Shown here: piece after piece, positions 22,275 to 32,330 of the stretch
Layout of the letters: each line of letters begins with the position of its first letter
How positions within the stretch are numbered: the first letter of the stretch is position 1
Source of the DNA: Flectonema sp. DT1601
Lineage: Eukaryota
Assembly (NCBI GenBank): GCA_964019425.1
Contig: OZ025781.1
Location: 992,001 to 1,056,000 of the forward strand
Direction: 5' to 3'
DNA length: 64,000 bases
Notes under the pieces: generated by a model
Seen by the model: the letters and a program-made list of their open reading frames with translations, nothing else
Told to the model about the DNA's origin: nothing
Database searches by the model: none
Made by a program: the position numbers and the translations under genes

Positions 22275-23276
22275 TTAATTACGGCTTACATAACACTGCT
22301 CGAAAACAGCGCTATTATTACTAGGCAGCTGAACAGACTCATGGGCGATGCTGTGTAAGAGGAATCTTTCTCCTATTTTAGTCACACTACTAAGACCTGA
22401 AAGGTTAAGAGAAGTGAGGCATGAACAGGAAGACAAGAAATTATTTCCAATAGTTACGAGACTACTAAAACCTGAAAGATCAAGAGAAGTGAGGCATGAA
22501 CAGGAAGACATGAAGCAAACTCCAATAGTGGTGAGACTACTAAGACTTGAAAGGTCAACAGCAGTGAGTTGTGAACAGGAATACAAGAAATTATTTCCAA
22601 TAGTTGTGAGACTACTAAGACCTGAAAGGTCAACAGTAGTGGGGCGTGAACAGGCCACGAAACAACGTCCAATAGTGGTGAGACAACTAAGACCTGAAAG
22701 GTCAACAGAAGTGAGTTGTGAACACTCACACAAGAAATAATTTCCAATAGTGGTGACACTACTAAGACCTGAAAGATCAAGAGAAGTGATTGAAGATCTC
22801 TGCATGAAATCTTGTGAGATGATTCTGATGTCGAAATTTGAATTGCGGAAAGAAATCCGTTTGGCAACAGAAGGCAGCATATTATTACTAACACGGAGGC
22901 AACCATCTTCTGAGAATGTAGGGGTGTCTAGGTTTAAGTATTCCTCATTGTGGTTTCCAAGCCATTGAAGCAGCTTCTCCCGCTTCGATTCATCAACAAA
23001 CCAGCATTTACCAAATAACTGAAACAACTTCTTCCGCATTTCCATCTCGCTGTCTGCACCCAATCCATGATCTGCCAGCCGCTCGGCTTCGTCAAGGGTG
23101 TCACCAGCTAACGAGAGTTCAACTTCCTCCGGATCGACATCCCACTCGTCAGCCGCTGCCGTCAACACGTCGCTCACAAGGGAATCAGCACCAACTGTGA
23201 CTGACACAGCAGCGAGTTCCAATTCCGGGAATGTCACAAAAACCTGCATTGTTTTGAGTGATCTGCCGAAAGACAA
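22275..23276 (-). CDS. Ubiquitin-like + 22-aa leucine-rich repeat (BspA/LRR_5-like) protein
   Basis: Ubl region (MQVFVTFPE...VELSLAGDTLDEAERLADHGL). About seven repeats of LTSxDLSGLSSLTTIGxxFLxxCS with a 66-nt period. Confidence 0.85.
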   Translation of the reverse strand: MSFGRSLKTMQVFVTFPELELAAVSVTVGADSLVSDVLTAAADEWDVDPEEVELSLAGDTLDEAERLADHGLGADSEMEMRKKLFQLFGKCWFVDESKREKLLQWLGNHNEEYLNLDTPTFSEDGCLRVSNNMLPSVAKRISFRNSNFDIRIISQDFMQRSSITSLDLSGLSSVTTIGNYFLCECSQLTSVDLSGLSCLTTIGRCFVACSRPTTVDLSGLSSLTTIGNNFLYSCSQLTAVDLSSLSSLTTIGVCFMSSCSCLTSLDLSGFSSLVTIGNNFLSSCSCLTSLNLSGLSSVTKIGERFLLHSIAHESVQLPSNNSAVFEQCYVSRN

Positions 23277-23969
23277 GAAAGAATGCGGTCATGCGGTAAC
23301 AACAGTGCACACACTTTCTCAAGAGAGTGCCCAAACTCAATGCGTTTAAGTTCTGCAGAGAAAAGAATACTCGCGTCACAATAATTAAATATACGGAGAA
23401 AATAGCGTTGGCTGCAGTGAATGTCTGTACTGCAATTCTGTTTTCTACTGAAAAAAAGTAGACGTGAAGTCAGGCTGATTACTTGCTTTCTTAAAATGTG
23501 AATATCACTATCCATCATCTCTGTCTCTGGGAACCGATCCCCCCAAATTAATCAATCTCTTTCTAGTTATGAATGTGTTTGATAATTGATAAGACTTCTA
23601 TTGATATTGTTATTATATCCGAACACTTTGAAACTAACGCGTTTATATAGAGAATGGGGAAGTTGAAACAAAAATTTAATATCAAAAGTACTTGACTGAA
23701 AGAAAATATTTGCATGTGAGAAAGAAACCGTTCGATTTTGTACGTAAAATACAAAAGTATTGTATCAAAAAAACAACATTAGTTAGTTAGTTAAACATTC
23801 GAATATAACGATTGAGTGAAAGCAAAAAAAATAGGCGTAGCGATACGACGATAAGGAGAGGACTTAATTCTAATGCAAACTAAATTGGAGAATTATAATT
23901 TCTTTTTTTGGATTTTATCCGGAGAGCTAGTTAGTATCATTAATTAGAGCTAGTTAGTATTAATGGTTA

Positions 23970-24285
23970 TCAGTCAAAAGGGGAGAGGGCGGGAAAATTT
24001 TCGTAGGACAACAAACGAATAATGGTTGGTTTCGGGATAAGATTAAAAAATCCTTCTTCAGACCATTCCCCTTACCCAGCCCTCTTCAGCGAAGAAAGCA
24101 AGGTAGACACTGCGGTGTCAGGCCTGTCCTACTCATCGCATTTGCCACGTCAACATGGTTATTTCTTTTACCATGTAACACAGTCCCCCTATATAATTAT
24201 CAGTGAACGCGGGATACCAACAAAATGAGTGGAGCTGAGTTATGTTTATGGGGATTGAATAATAAAAAAATAAAAAAAAGTTCCA
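23970..24285 (-). mobile_element. Truncated PLE-type insertion of the same family as 3374-3523
   Basis: Contains hammerhead B. Flanked by diverged ~45-bp direct repeats TTAGTATCATTAATT...AGAGCTAGTTAG.ATTAATG.TTATC (~23931-23971, ~24289-24336). Boundaries are approximate. Confidence 0.55.
24027..24108 (-). ncRNA. Rearranged (A-C-B) hammerhead ribozyme, copy B
   Basis: Minus strand reads CUUUCUUCG-CUGAAGA-GGGCU...AAUGGUC^UGAAGAAGG...AUCCC-GAAA-CCA. Stem I is retained through G-U pairs; stem II has one mismatch. Confidence 0.7.
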
Positions 24286-24468
24286 GAGTTAGTATCATTA
24301 ATTTTAGAACAGAGCTAGTTAGAATTAATGATTATCCATTAATTAGTTATATAATCCAACGTTACTTTATATTATGAGTGCTCTAGGGAGGGTAACTCAC
24401 AGTAACAGAGGACCCAATCCGTAGCCATATCCGAAGATTTGGCTACGGATTGTTGAATTGGCATTGAC

Positions 24469-24561
24469 TGAAAGATTAGTTAGTATCATTAATTTTAGAA
24501 CAGAAAAGTGAGAATAAGAAAAGTAGAGATCAATAAAAGAAAAGTATTCATTTCTGCAGTT
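24469..24561 (+). repeat. 93-bp direct repeat flanking the PLE (second copy 26462-26554)
   Basis: Identical TGAAAGATTAGTTAG...TTTCTGCAGTT on both sides of the RT element. Confidence 0.95.
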
Positions 24562-24588
24562 TCCTAACATCAAAGGGTAATAGAATAT

Positions 24589-24656
24589 GTAGTTTCAGGC
24601 CTTAATCTTATACTACTTGTCCCTTTTTAGGCCTTCATCAGTAAGTTCTAAGGGAC
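24589..24656 (-). ncRNA. Rearranged (A-C-B) hammerhead ribozyme, copy C, in the PLE 3' UTR
   Basis: Minus strand reads GUCCCUU.AGAACUUA-CUGAUGA-AGGCCU-AAAAAGGGACAA-GUAGUA^UAAG-AUUA-AGGCCU-GAAA-CUAC. Stem I is CUUA/UAAG, stem II is AGGCCU/AGGCCU, stem III is ACUAC/GUAGU, with an extra helix GUCCCUU/AAGGGAC. Confidence 0.8.
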
Positions 24657-24745
24657 TTCATTATATGTTGAAGTTGCTATCGTTCAAAGATAAAAATCCA
24701 TCGGAGCTCGCCAGGATAGGGCTAGCAATGTTTATTTGCTTTTGC

Positions 24746-25357
24746 TCAATTTGAATTTTTGACGTCTGGTCGTTTCACTATTACAGTCGAGTTAATGGAT
24801 GAGTCGTCATCCAATTTCCGTTTTACTTTATCCTCGCATACTATCAAAGGTCCTATATTCGCAGGTGTCATTGTAACATCCATATCAGTCTGAGCTTTTA
24901 ATGGTATCATATGGAAACTATATTCTGTAGTTTGGTACATCTTGTCAAAATGGTCGAAAGGGAGTCTTAAATCTTTTGTGCCTTTAAGAATGTCTCGGAT
25001 GATCATGGACTCAAATGAGACTAGCGCAACAATAAAGTGAGTCATCCTTGTTTTCGCTTTATGCAGAATAAGTGCTGCGGCTGTATCAGGATATTCGAAA
25101 TCTGCTGGGTTAACGAAGTACTCGATTCTCCTGTTGAATTTAGTCATGCAAGCCATGTTAAGTACTTGTAGCGAGAACCAACCATCTGGTGATGGTTTAT
25201 GCTCTGAGTTGTTCGGTTCTACTTTAAGGGATTCTTCATAAAATCGCTGTTGGTAGTTTTGCAGAAAACTGAAGTTAATTCTATCGATATATAAATGATC
25301 TGCAATGAAGTTGAGCGATGACCATCTGATGTTTGATGTAGGGATGGTGGAAATCGT
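24746..25357 (-). pseudogene. Josephin (ataxin-3/MJD)-like protease domain, frameshifted from the PLE RT
   Basis: The frame of ORF 24746..25156 stays open upstream to 25357 and reads SSLNFIA...SPDGWFSLQVLNMAC...ALILHK...THFIVAL...IIRDILKG. Ataxin-3 has HCLNNLL...DSGFFSIQVISNAL...FICN..EHWFTV...FNLNSLLTG. Confidence 0.6.
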
Positions 25358-26554
25358 TTATCCAAGGAATGGCTTGTAGAGCCCGTATGGTTAATTGTAT
25401 CCTTTTCGATGCTTAATGGGACTTTGTGACTAAACTTCTCAAAAGTAAGGTTGATACGTCGACGCATTGCAGCTGCTGTATTACCATCATCAATGTGAGA
25501 GCTAATGAAGCGGAGGCATGCTGCTCTGATATTGTCAGATTTATAGCCCCGGTTGAGTAATCTATAAGTTACCGCTTCAAGTTCCTGTAAAAAATCTGCC
25601 TGGTTGTTGCAGATTTTTAAAGCTCGTAAGATCATGGTGGTAAAGATACCTGAACCCATTGATTCTTGAGCTGCGGAATGCTGATGGGTAAACCTTGTTG
25701 GTGTAATATGCCAACCCCTGACTTTGTCATTAACACTTAAACGAATCCATCGTTTATTTGTGTTAGTGATCTCTATTCGGATACGAATTCCTATATAAGA
25801 GACATCATCAATATTATTCGAAGTATCAGTGTAATCCATTGAGTACAGGCTTGCTGGTGGAGGGTCACAACTCCAGGTGAGGAAGTCGTCGATGTATCTA
25901 CACGAGTGGTCATGTTGCCGAGCTAAGTCTAGATTTTTTGCTTCAATTAAAGAATCGATATATGCGGATTCAACTCTATAGCAGTAGAGATTTGCTATAT
26001 CGCTACTGGCGTTGCCACCCATTGGAATGCCTATTATTTGTCTCCAAATATAACCTCTTAATGCAATAAAGGAGGAGTCAATACAGAATTCAAGTAATTT
26101 TTGACATTCTGCAAGCGCAAGAGAAGGGAATCGTGTAGGGTCACTCGATTCAAGACGTAAGATATTTTTGAAACTAAAGGCTTCTTGCAGTGCTTCACTT
26201 ACTTTAGTTTTAATAGCGTTGTGTGGTAGGCGGGTGTACATTGTTGTAAAATCAAAAGTCTTAGGGGATAATTTTTTCAAAACCATCAAATTCTGTTTAA
26301 TCGAACTAGAGACTTCATCATCTGATTCCACAATCCAGTATCGTTTGAACCGTGAATGCATATCTTTCTCTTTTAATATAGTCATCGCATTTTTAAGGAT
26401 ACTAGAGAGATGTTGGTGCGCATATGTTGTTGCTGTTGCAGGTGCAAGATAGAATGAATGATGAAAGATTAGTTAGTATCATTAATTTTAGAACAGAAAA
26501 GTGAGAATAAGAAAAGTAGAGATCAATAAAAGAAAAGTATTCATTTCTGCAGTT

Positions 26555-29500
26555 ATTTATTTATTTATTTATTTACGAAGCCTTGGAAGCCAAAAGCCAG
26601 GAAAAGCTCACAGAGTAACAGTTATATCGCTACCAGCAACCGTGAGACTCTCACAGACGATAAGAGACGTAGAATAACCTGGAACAAATGACTACCTAAA
26701 CCCACCGTCCACGCGAGCAGACAGTGTTAGAGACGGCTGATAACGCCAATTTTCGCCAAAGAGAGGGAGAACACGCCACATTAGATCAGAAAATAAGAAA
26801 TAAAGTAATGATAAGAAAGAGAAATGATACTAATAAATAAAATAAGAAATTACACTAGAGGAAAGAGACGTTCATTATCTACCTCGGGGATTACTTCGCA
26901 GGAGGCGACTTAGGCGAGAGAGGAACTTAGAAAGCTTGGATTCCGACCAGCTAGGATTGACCAGCACATTAACCATAGAAAGGTCGTCAATAACAACATT
27001 TAAATCGGTAGCTTTATAAGCGTTATCAATAAGTTCCATAACATATTCCTTCACATCAGAACCCAGTAGCGAGAAACTTGTCTTCCTTTCGATGTGTGTG
27101 ATTAGTTTCTTCCTCACAAAAATACCCTGAAGCGGAAACTTCAACAACAACGGATTGTCAGATAACTCTTTAAGATGATTATCAAGCTTGCTGATCAATA
27201 ACAAAGTGAAAGGCTGCCATTCGGTTCGAAAGAACATATCCAGAGATAGCTCATCATCAGGTGTCGGAAATCTCATGGTTTGCTTTACTAATTCCCTGGT
27301 CTCAACGCATTCAAGCAGCAGATGCTCAGTTGAGGTATCCTGAAAGCCACAGAACAGACAACATTTAAAGCCCGCAGTGACCCTCGGCAGCTTTACAAGC
27401 CTGTGGTGAGAGGTTCGCAGACGAGACAATTCTACCTCCTGCCCCCTAGTGAGACAGGGAAGGAAACGTTGAGGGCCAGATCCTAGAGTCGCTTTGCCGT
27501 ATGAATGCGAAGAGTCCACAGTACCCATAGCCTTCCAATTTGCTTGTTTCTTAATACAACATTGAGCCATCCTGAAATCATACGGAGTTAGTCCAGGGTC
27601 AACTGATTGCAAGGCTGCCCTCTTTGCCAGTGTATCAGCCAGTTCATTCCCTGCAATGCCACAATGAGATGGGACATGCTGGAAAATCAACGGCCTATCA
27701 AGAAGCACTGAGCGTTCAAAAATCTCACGATTTGTTGATGATGACTGCCTGGATGGCCCCCTATGCAGGGAGGCAAGCGCCGACTGACAATCACTGAAAA
27801 TATGAATCACGCCATGCGAAACAACATGAAGATTCTCCTCTAGTAGTTCAAGGGCTGACAATAGTGCTAGTTGTTCTGCATTGTAAATCGTGAGGGACGG
27901 TTGGAACTTGGAGAGCTTCTCAATGACCTTGCCAGCAACTAGCAGAACAGCAGCCCCCCCACATAATAATCCCCGCTCCTCGTCATGGAAGACCGAGGCA
28001 TCAGTGTAGACTTCAGCAACACACGGGGGCAGTTCATTGAGGGTCGTCATCGCCACAGCATACTTCTCCTCAGGTGTGTCAGTCTTGTCATAACCGCAGG
28101 ACGTGTTTACAACCAAAGGAGGATGCTTCGACCACGGAGGATACTGATGTGGCAGAACTTTCTGGGACCTAAGCTCTGACAGAGAAAATTCCGAGGAACA
28201 GGCTTCAACTCTAGTCTGCCATGGTCTCTTCTTCTCACCACCGTTAAACAGCCTCCATGAAGGACATTCAGGTTGTCGCCTTAGCAGATCTTCATGAACT
28301 AGGGCAAGGAGCCTAGATATCGTTTGTTGCAGCGGTGGAATTCGCGACTCAACTGTGAGCACCACATCCTTCGTCGAGAACGAGCAACCAGTGAGTCTTA
28401 TCCGTAGATGACGCAAGCACGCTTCGATCCGCTTGATCTGAACATCAGACAAAAAGGGAGAAAAAGCCTTTAGTCCAAAGAACGCTCGAGATAACACTGC
28501 ACCATCTACAAGCTGACGAAGGGTATCAGTTTTGACCTCATAGGCAGAGAACATTTTGAGTAAACCGCAACCAGCTCGAATTGTTTTCACAATCTTATCC
28601 ACCTGTTCGTCGAAGCATAGCGAGTCATCAATGATAACTCCTAGGTATTTCGCGCTCCTGACACGTTTCAGTGGGATCGCTGCTTTCAGCCTGAACTCCT
28701 TGCTCTTACGAGCACAGGCCAGTCGGACAAAGTCAGAACGTCTCGTCACCGGGTAACCATCAATCTCCAGTGGCAGCAAAGCATCAGCGAGATCCAGAAC
28801 TGCCCCTATTGATGGAGAAAGCTTCTCAGTGAGAGCACCGGCAGAGCCTGTAGGCATGTGTAACTCTTCAACAGACGATGGGAAGTAAAAGCGAGGTGCC
28901 CTACTCCATTCGACATCGGATCCAGAGATGCGCTTACCAAAGGCAACGTACTCTGTTTTCTTCATGTTTACCTCCATCTTAGAGGAAACCATCCAACCTT
29001 CTATCTGAGAGATGACGGACAGGCCCTTCGCTTCGATCCCATCTATCTTCTCATGTTGCAGAAACACGGCAAGATCATCAGCAAACAGAACACTGAGATC
29101 AGCATCACTTATTAGACCTGGCAGGGAGTCGACAAAGATCCGAAATAAGAGAGGACCAAGCACAGATCCTTGAGGGACCCCCTTCGTACAGGATCTGGAT
29201 CCACTATCTAATCCCAGAGACAGACTCACATTTCTATCCGAAAGATAGTTCGCAAGCCATTTAACATGCGGAACCGGCAGGACAGCTACCAATCTATCAA
29301 CGAGTATTTGATGATCCACGTTATCGAATGCCCCAGAGATATCAAAGAGGATGATCGCTCCATAACCATCATAGAGTTTCTGCACACCGGAAGCCGCATC
29401 CACCAATAGCGAGATGTTCTCTTCTACATTTCTGCCCGGCGTAAAACCAGACTGCCTAGGGTCCAACTTCCCCTCCAACAAATGTTCACATCGATTACCC

Positions 29501-30524
29501 ACAAGCGACTCCAAGCACTTCGAAACAATTGACGTCAAAGAGATTGGTCTGTAAGAAGACGGAAGAAGCGGGTCACGATCCCCTCCCTTCGGAATTATAA
29601 TCACCTTGGCCTTTTTCATGCAAGAGGGAAAGATACCCCTCCTGAAAGATAGCGAGGCGAGTCTAAGCAATAGTAGGAGCATACGGGGACCCAAGTTAAG
29701 CAGCATATTATTAGAAACAGAATCTAAACCAGACCCGTGGGAGGGAGTCAATGACTTCAGTACCGTGTATAACTCATGAATCGAAAAAGAACCACAGCTT
29801 GAGTCATCATAATCAGCAGGCTTCGAATCAGGAACTAATAACGGTGAGGATTTTGAATCACCAAAGAAATGGTCGAGTAAATCATCAGCAGCTACCGGAA
29901 CTTCCTTTGAATTGGACCGACCGCCCCTGAGTTCCCGCAGCTTGTCGAAGGCCCAGGCCGCTCCTTTTGAAGAACCAATTTTCGCAATAAGATCAGGTCT
30001 CAGCTTAGGTAATTTCTTCCTCCGCTTCGTATCAGATTTGAACCATTTGTTTGGAAGCGTTTCAATAGCCACCTCCTCAATTAGACTAATAAATTCACAT
30101 CCAAGCTTGTTCACATTAGACATCCCCTCCAAACGATGAGCTCGCGCTTCAGTTAGCACGCGAAATGAGACCCAGTGCTCATCCTCGAACTTGTTGTAGA
30201 ACCAGCGGCGGTGAGCGGGAGTGGTAATTTGTGAGCAGCCCGGATATACCGAGATGTCAACCACTATTGGCGTGTGGTCGGACCCACTATCAGACGCACT
30301 GTACTGGTGTACATTCAACACCTCAATATTGCTGTCGACAAGAAACAAATCAGGTGAAGTCTCTGAACAAGGTCTTGTATCCAGCGGAACATCGCAAATC
30401 TGCAGTCCATTTCCGTTAATCCAATCAAGAACTGACAGACCTCGCGACGAACTACTTGTTGGAACCACCCTCGACCACGACCGATGGTGAGCATTGAAAT
30501 CTCCACATACTACTTCACCGAGTT
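26555..30524 (-). mobile_element. 5'-truncated non-LTR retrotransposon (ingi/I-group LINE): partial APE, RT, RNase H, zinc finger
   Basis: ORF 26875..30468 is open upstream through VCGDFNAHH. Motifs: SDH (APE); YRPISL, DISGAFD, GVPQGSVLGP, FADD, KYLGV (RT); YTDAS, AE, SD, HCGIAGNELAD (RNase H); CxxC...H...C. (TAAA)n 3' tail at ~26553-26575. Confidence 0.95.
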
Positions 30525-30565
30525 TCCTAAAGATTAGTTAGTTAGTATTAATAATTATCAGTCAA

Positions 30566-30624
30566 AAGAAGGGGAGAGGGCGGGAAAATTCAACCGAATG
30601 CAAAAGTTCGTAGGACAACAAACA
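30566..30624 (-). mobile_element. ~60-bp 3'-end remnant of the hammerhead A/B element family
   Basis: Shares GGGGAGAGGGCGGGAAAATT and TTCGTAGGACAACAAAC with 23980-24016. Flanked by the 16-bp direct repeat AATAATTATCAGTCAA (30550-30565, 30625-30640). Confidence 0.6.
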
Positions 30625-30904
30625 AATAATTATCAGTCAATCAAAGTCCGAAGATTAGTTAGCTAGCGAGTCCGACATACCATCGAGTACCGGTTAGATA
30701 GACACAACAGGGGTGGAACGGTTAACCATCTGTGAGTCCCCAATACTACGACCTTATGTCAAACCTAATCCCTGAGAGGATCACTTTTTTAGCTCCAGCG
30801 AGGAATTCTAATGTTCGAGAGACACGAATACCTCAATGCTTCGGCCTTGCTGGTTCGCTAGCAAATTAACAAGGTTTGGGGAGGGGAAAGGAAGATTAGA
30901 TCTT

Positions 30905-31520
30905 CAGAGAAATATATATAAAATTAAAAAAAAAAAAATGAAAAATTCAAAAATTCTCATTTTTGAAATCAATATAGAATATTCATAAATCACAATGCCA
31001 ACTAGAGAAAGGAAAAGGGAGAAAAAAACGGAGGGCAAATGGGAGAACGGAATTGTCTGTGATCTATCGGGTCAATCATATTTCCTACCATACAAAAAGT
31101 GTGGATGCAAAAATATAATTGAGCCTTTGATCGTGTTCGGTTAAACTTAGGAGGAAGTATAATGGGGGTTAAAGAATCACTTGCACAGGGCTCGGCGCTG
31201 CTAGTCGGAAATCAGAAAAGCTATACGAATACACACAAAACGTGTTTGCTTTTTTCACAGTCGCTAATTAGGGAAGCCGGATTCTTTATTCTGTGGTGCC
31301 GCAATAAAGAGCACACACTGGCGTCTGTAGCAAGACACGGAATAAAAAGGGAATACTGTCGCGGGATTGTCAAGCGTGGTAGCTGAATGCCGCACAGTTT
31401 TCTGGAAGTAAAGCGAAATAAATATTAAATATCAAAGGCCGAGAGGTCTAGGTTAAGTGTGCTCCCAAACTTATCGAAGACTGCGAAGTGCTGCCGTAGT
31501 AAGAGGCCCTCTGAGAAATA

Positions 31521-31551
<31 letters not shown>

Positions 31552-32071
31552 TGAAAAAATTTCTCATTTTTGAAATCAATATAGAATATTCATAAATCAC
31601 AATGCCAATTCAGAGATATGAACGGCAGCTGAAACACAAGTTTACAAAATATAATTGAGCCTTTGATCGTGTTCGGTAAAACATAGGGTGAAGTATAATG
31701 AGGCTAAAGCATCACTTGCACAGGGCTCGGCGCTGCTAGTCGGAAATCAGAAAAGCTATACGAATACACACAAAACGTGTTTGCTTTTTTCACAGTCGCT
31801 AATTAGGGAAGCCGGATTCTTTATTCTGTGGTGCCGCAATAAAGAGCACACACTGGCGTCTGTAGCAAGACACGGAATAAAAAGGGAATACTGTCGCGGG
31901 ATTGTCAAGCGTGGTAGCTGAATGCCGCACAGTTTTCTGGAAGTAAAGCGAAATAAATATTAAATATCAAAGGCCGAGAGGTCTGGGTTAAGGTTGTGAT
32001 GAAATCACTGTGCTCCCAAACTTATCGAAGACTGCGAAGTGCTGCCGTAGTAAGAGGCCCTCTGAGAAATA

Positions 32072-32116
<45 letters not shown>

Positions 32117-32330
32117 AAAAAATTTCTCATTTTTGAAATCAATATAGAATATTCATAAATCACAATGCCAATTCAGAGATATGAACGGCAGCTGAAACAC
32201 AAGTTTACAAAATATAATTGAGCCTTTGATCGTGTTCGGTAAAACATAGGGTGAAGTATAATGAGGCTAAAGCATCACTTGCACAGGGCTCGGCGCTGCT
32301 AGTCGGAAATCAGAAAACCCTATACGAATA
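30905..32330. repeat. Tandem array of ~550-600 bp non-coding units (2 full + 1 partial)
   Basis: Unit boundaries GAGAAATATAT(A)n near 30907, 31513 and 32064. Core 31177-31450 matches ~31712-31985. A fragment also occurs at ~35393-35450. Confidence 0.9.

Larger units (their letters stand above)
24568..26461 (-). mobile_element. 5'-truncated Penelope-like retroelement: RT, Josephin-like domain and 3' hammerhead
   Basis: ORF 25219..26385 has PLE RT motifs KTFDFTTMYTRLPH, QIIGIPMGGNASSDIANLY, RYIDD and thumb ILRALKICNN...LLNRGY. The DFTTxYT/GIPMG signature resembles Naiad/Chlamys PLEs. No C-terminal GIY-YIG. Confidence 0.9.

Noticed and set aside
24589..24661. Canonical type I or type III hammerhead fold for copy C
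   Set aside because: Type I lacks a properly paired NUH after GAAA. Type III (upstream GUC) cannot form stem I. The A-C-B order satisfies all three stems.
25219..25450. C-terminal GIY-YIG endonuclease of the PLE
   Set aside because: Motif not present. Any N-terminal nuclease would have been lost by 5' truncation.
31162..31921. Duplicated + strand ORFs of 74 and 77 aa
   Set aside because: They are against the gene strand, have different starts and no recognisable domain; identity is explained by the tandem repeat.
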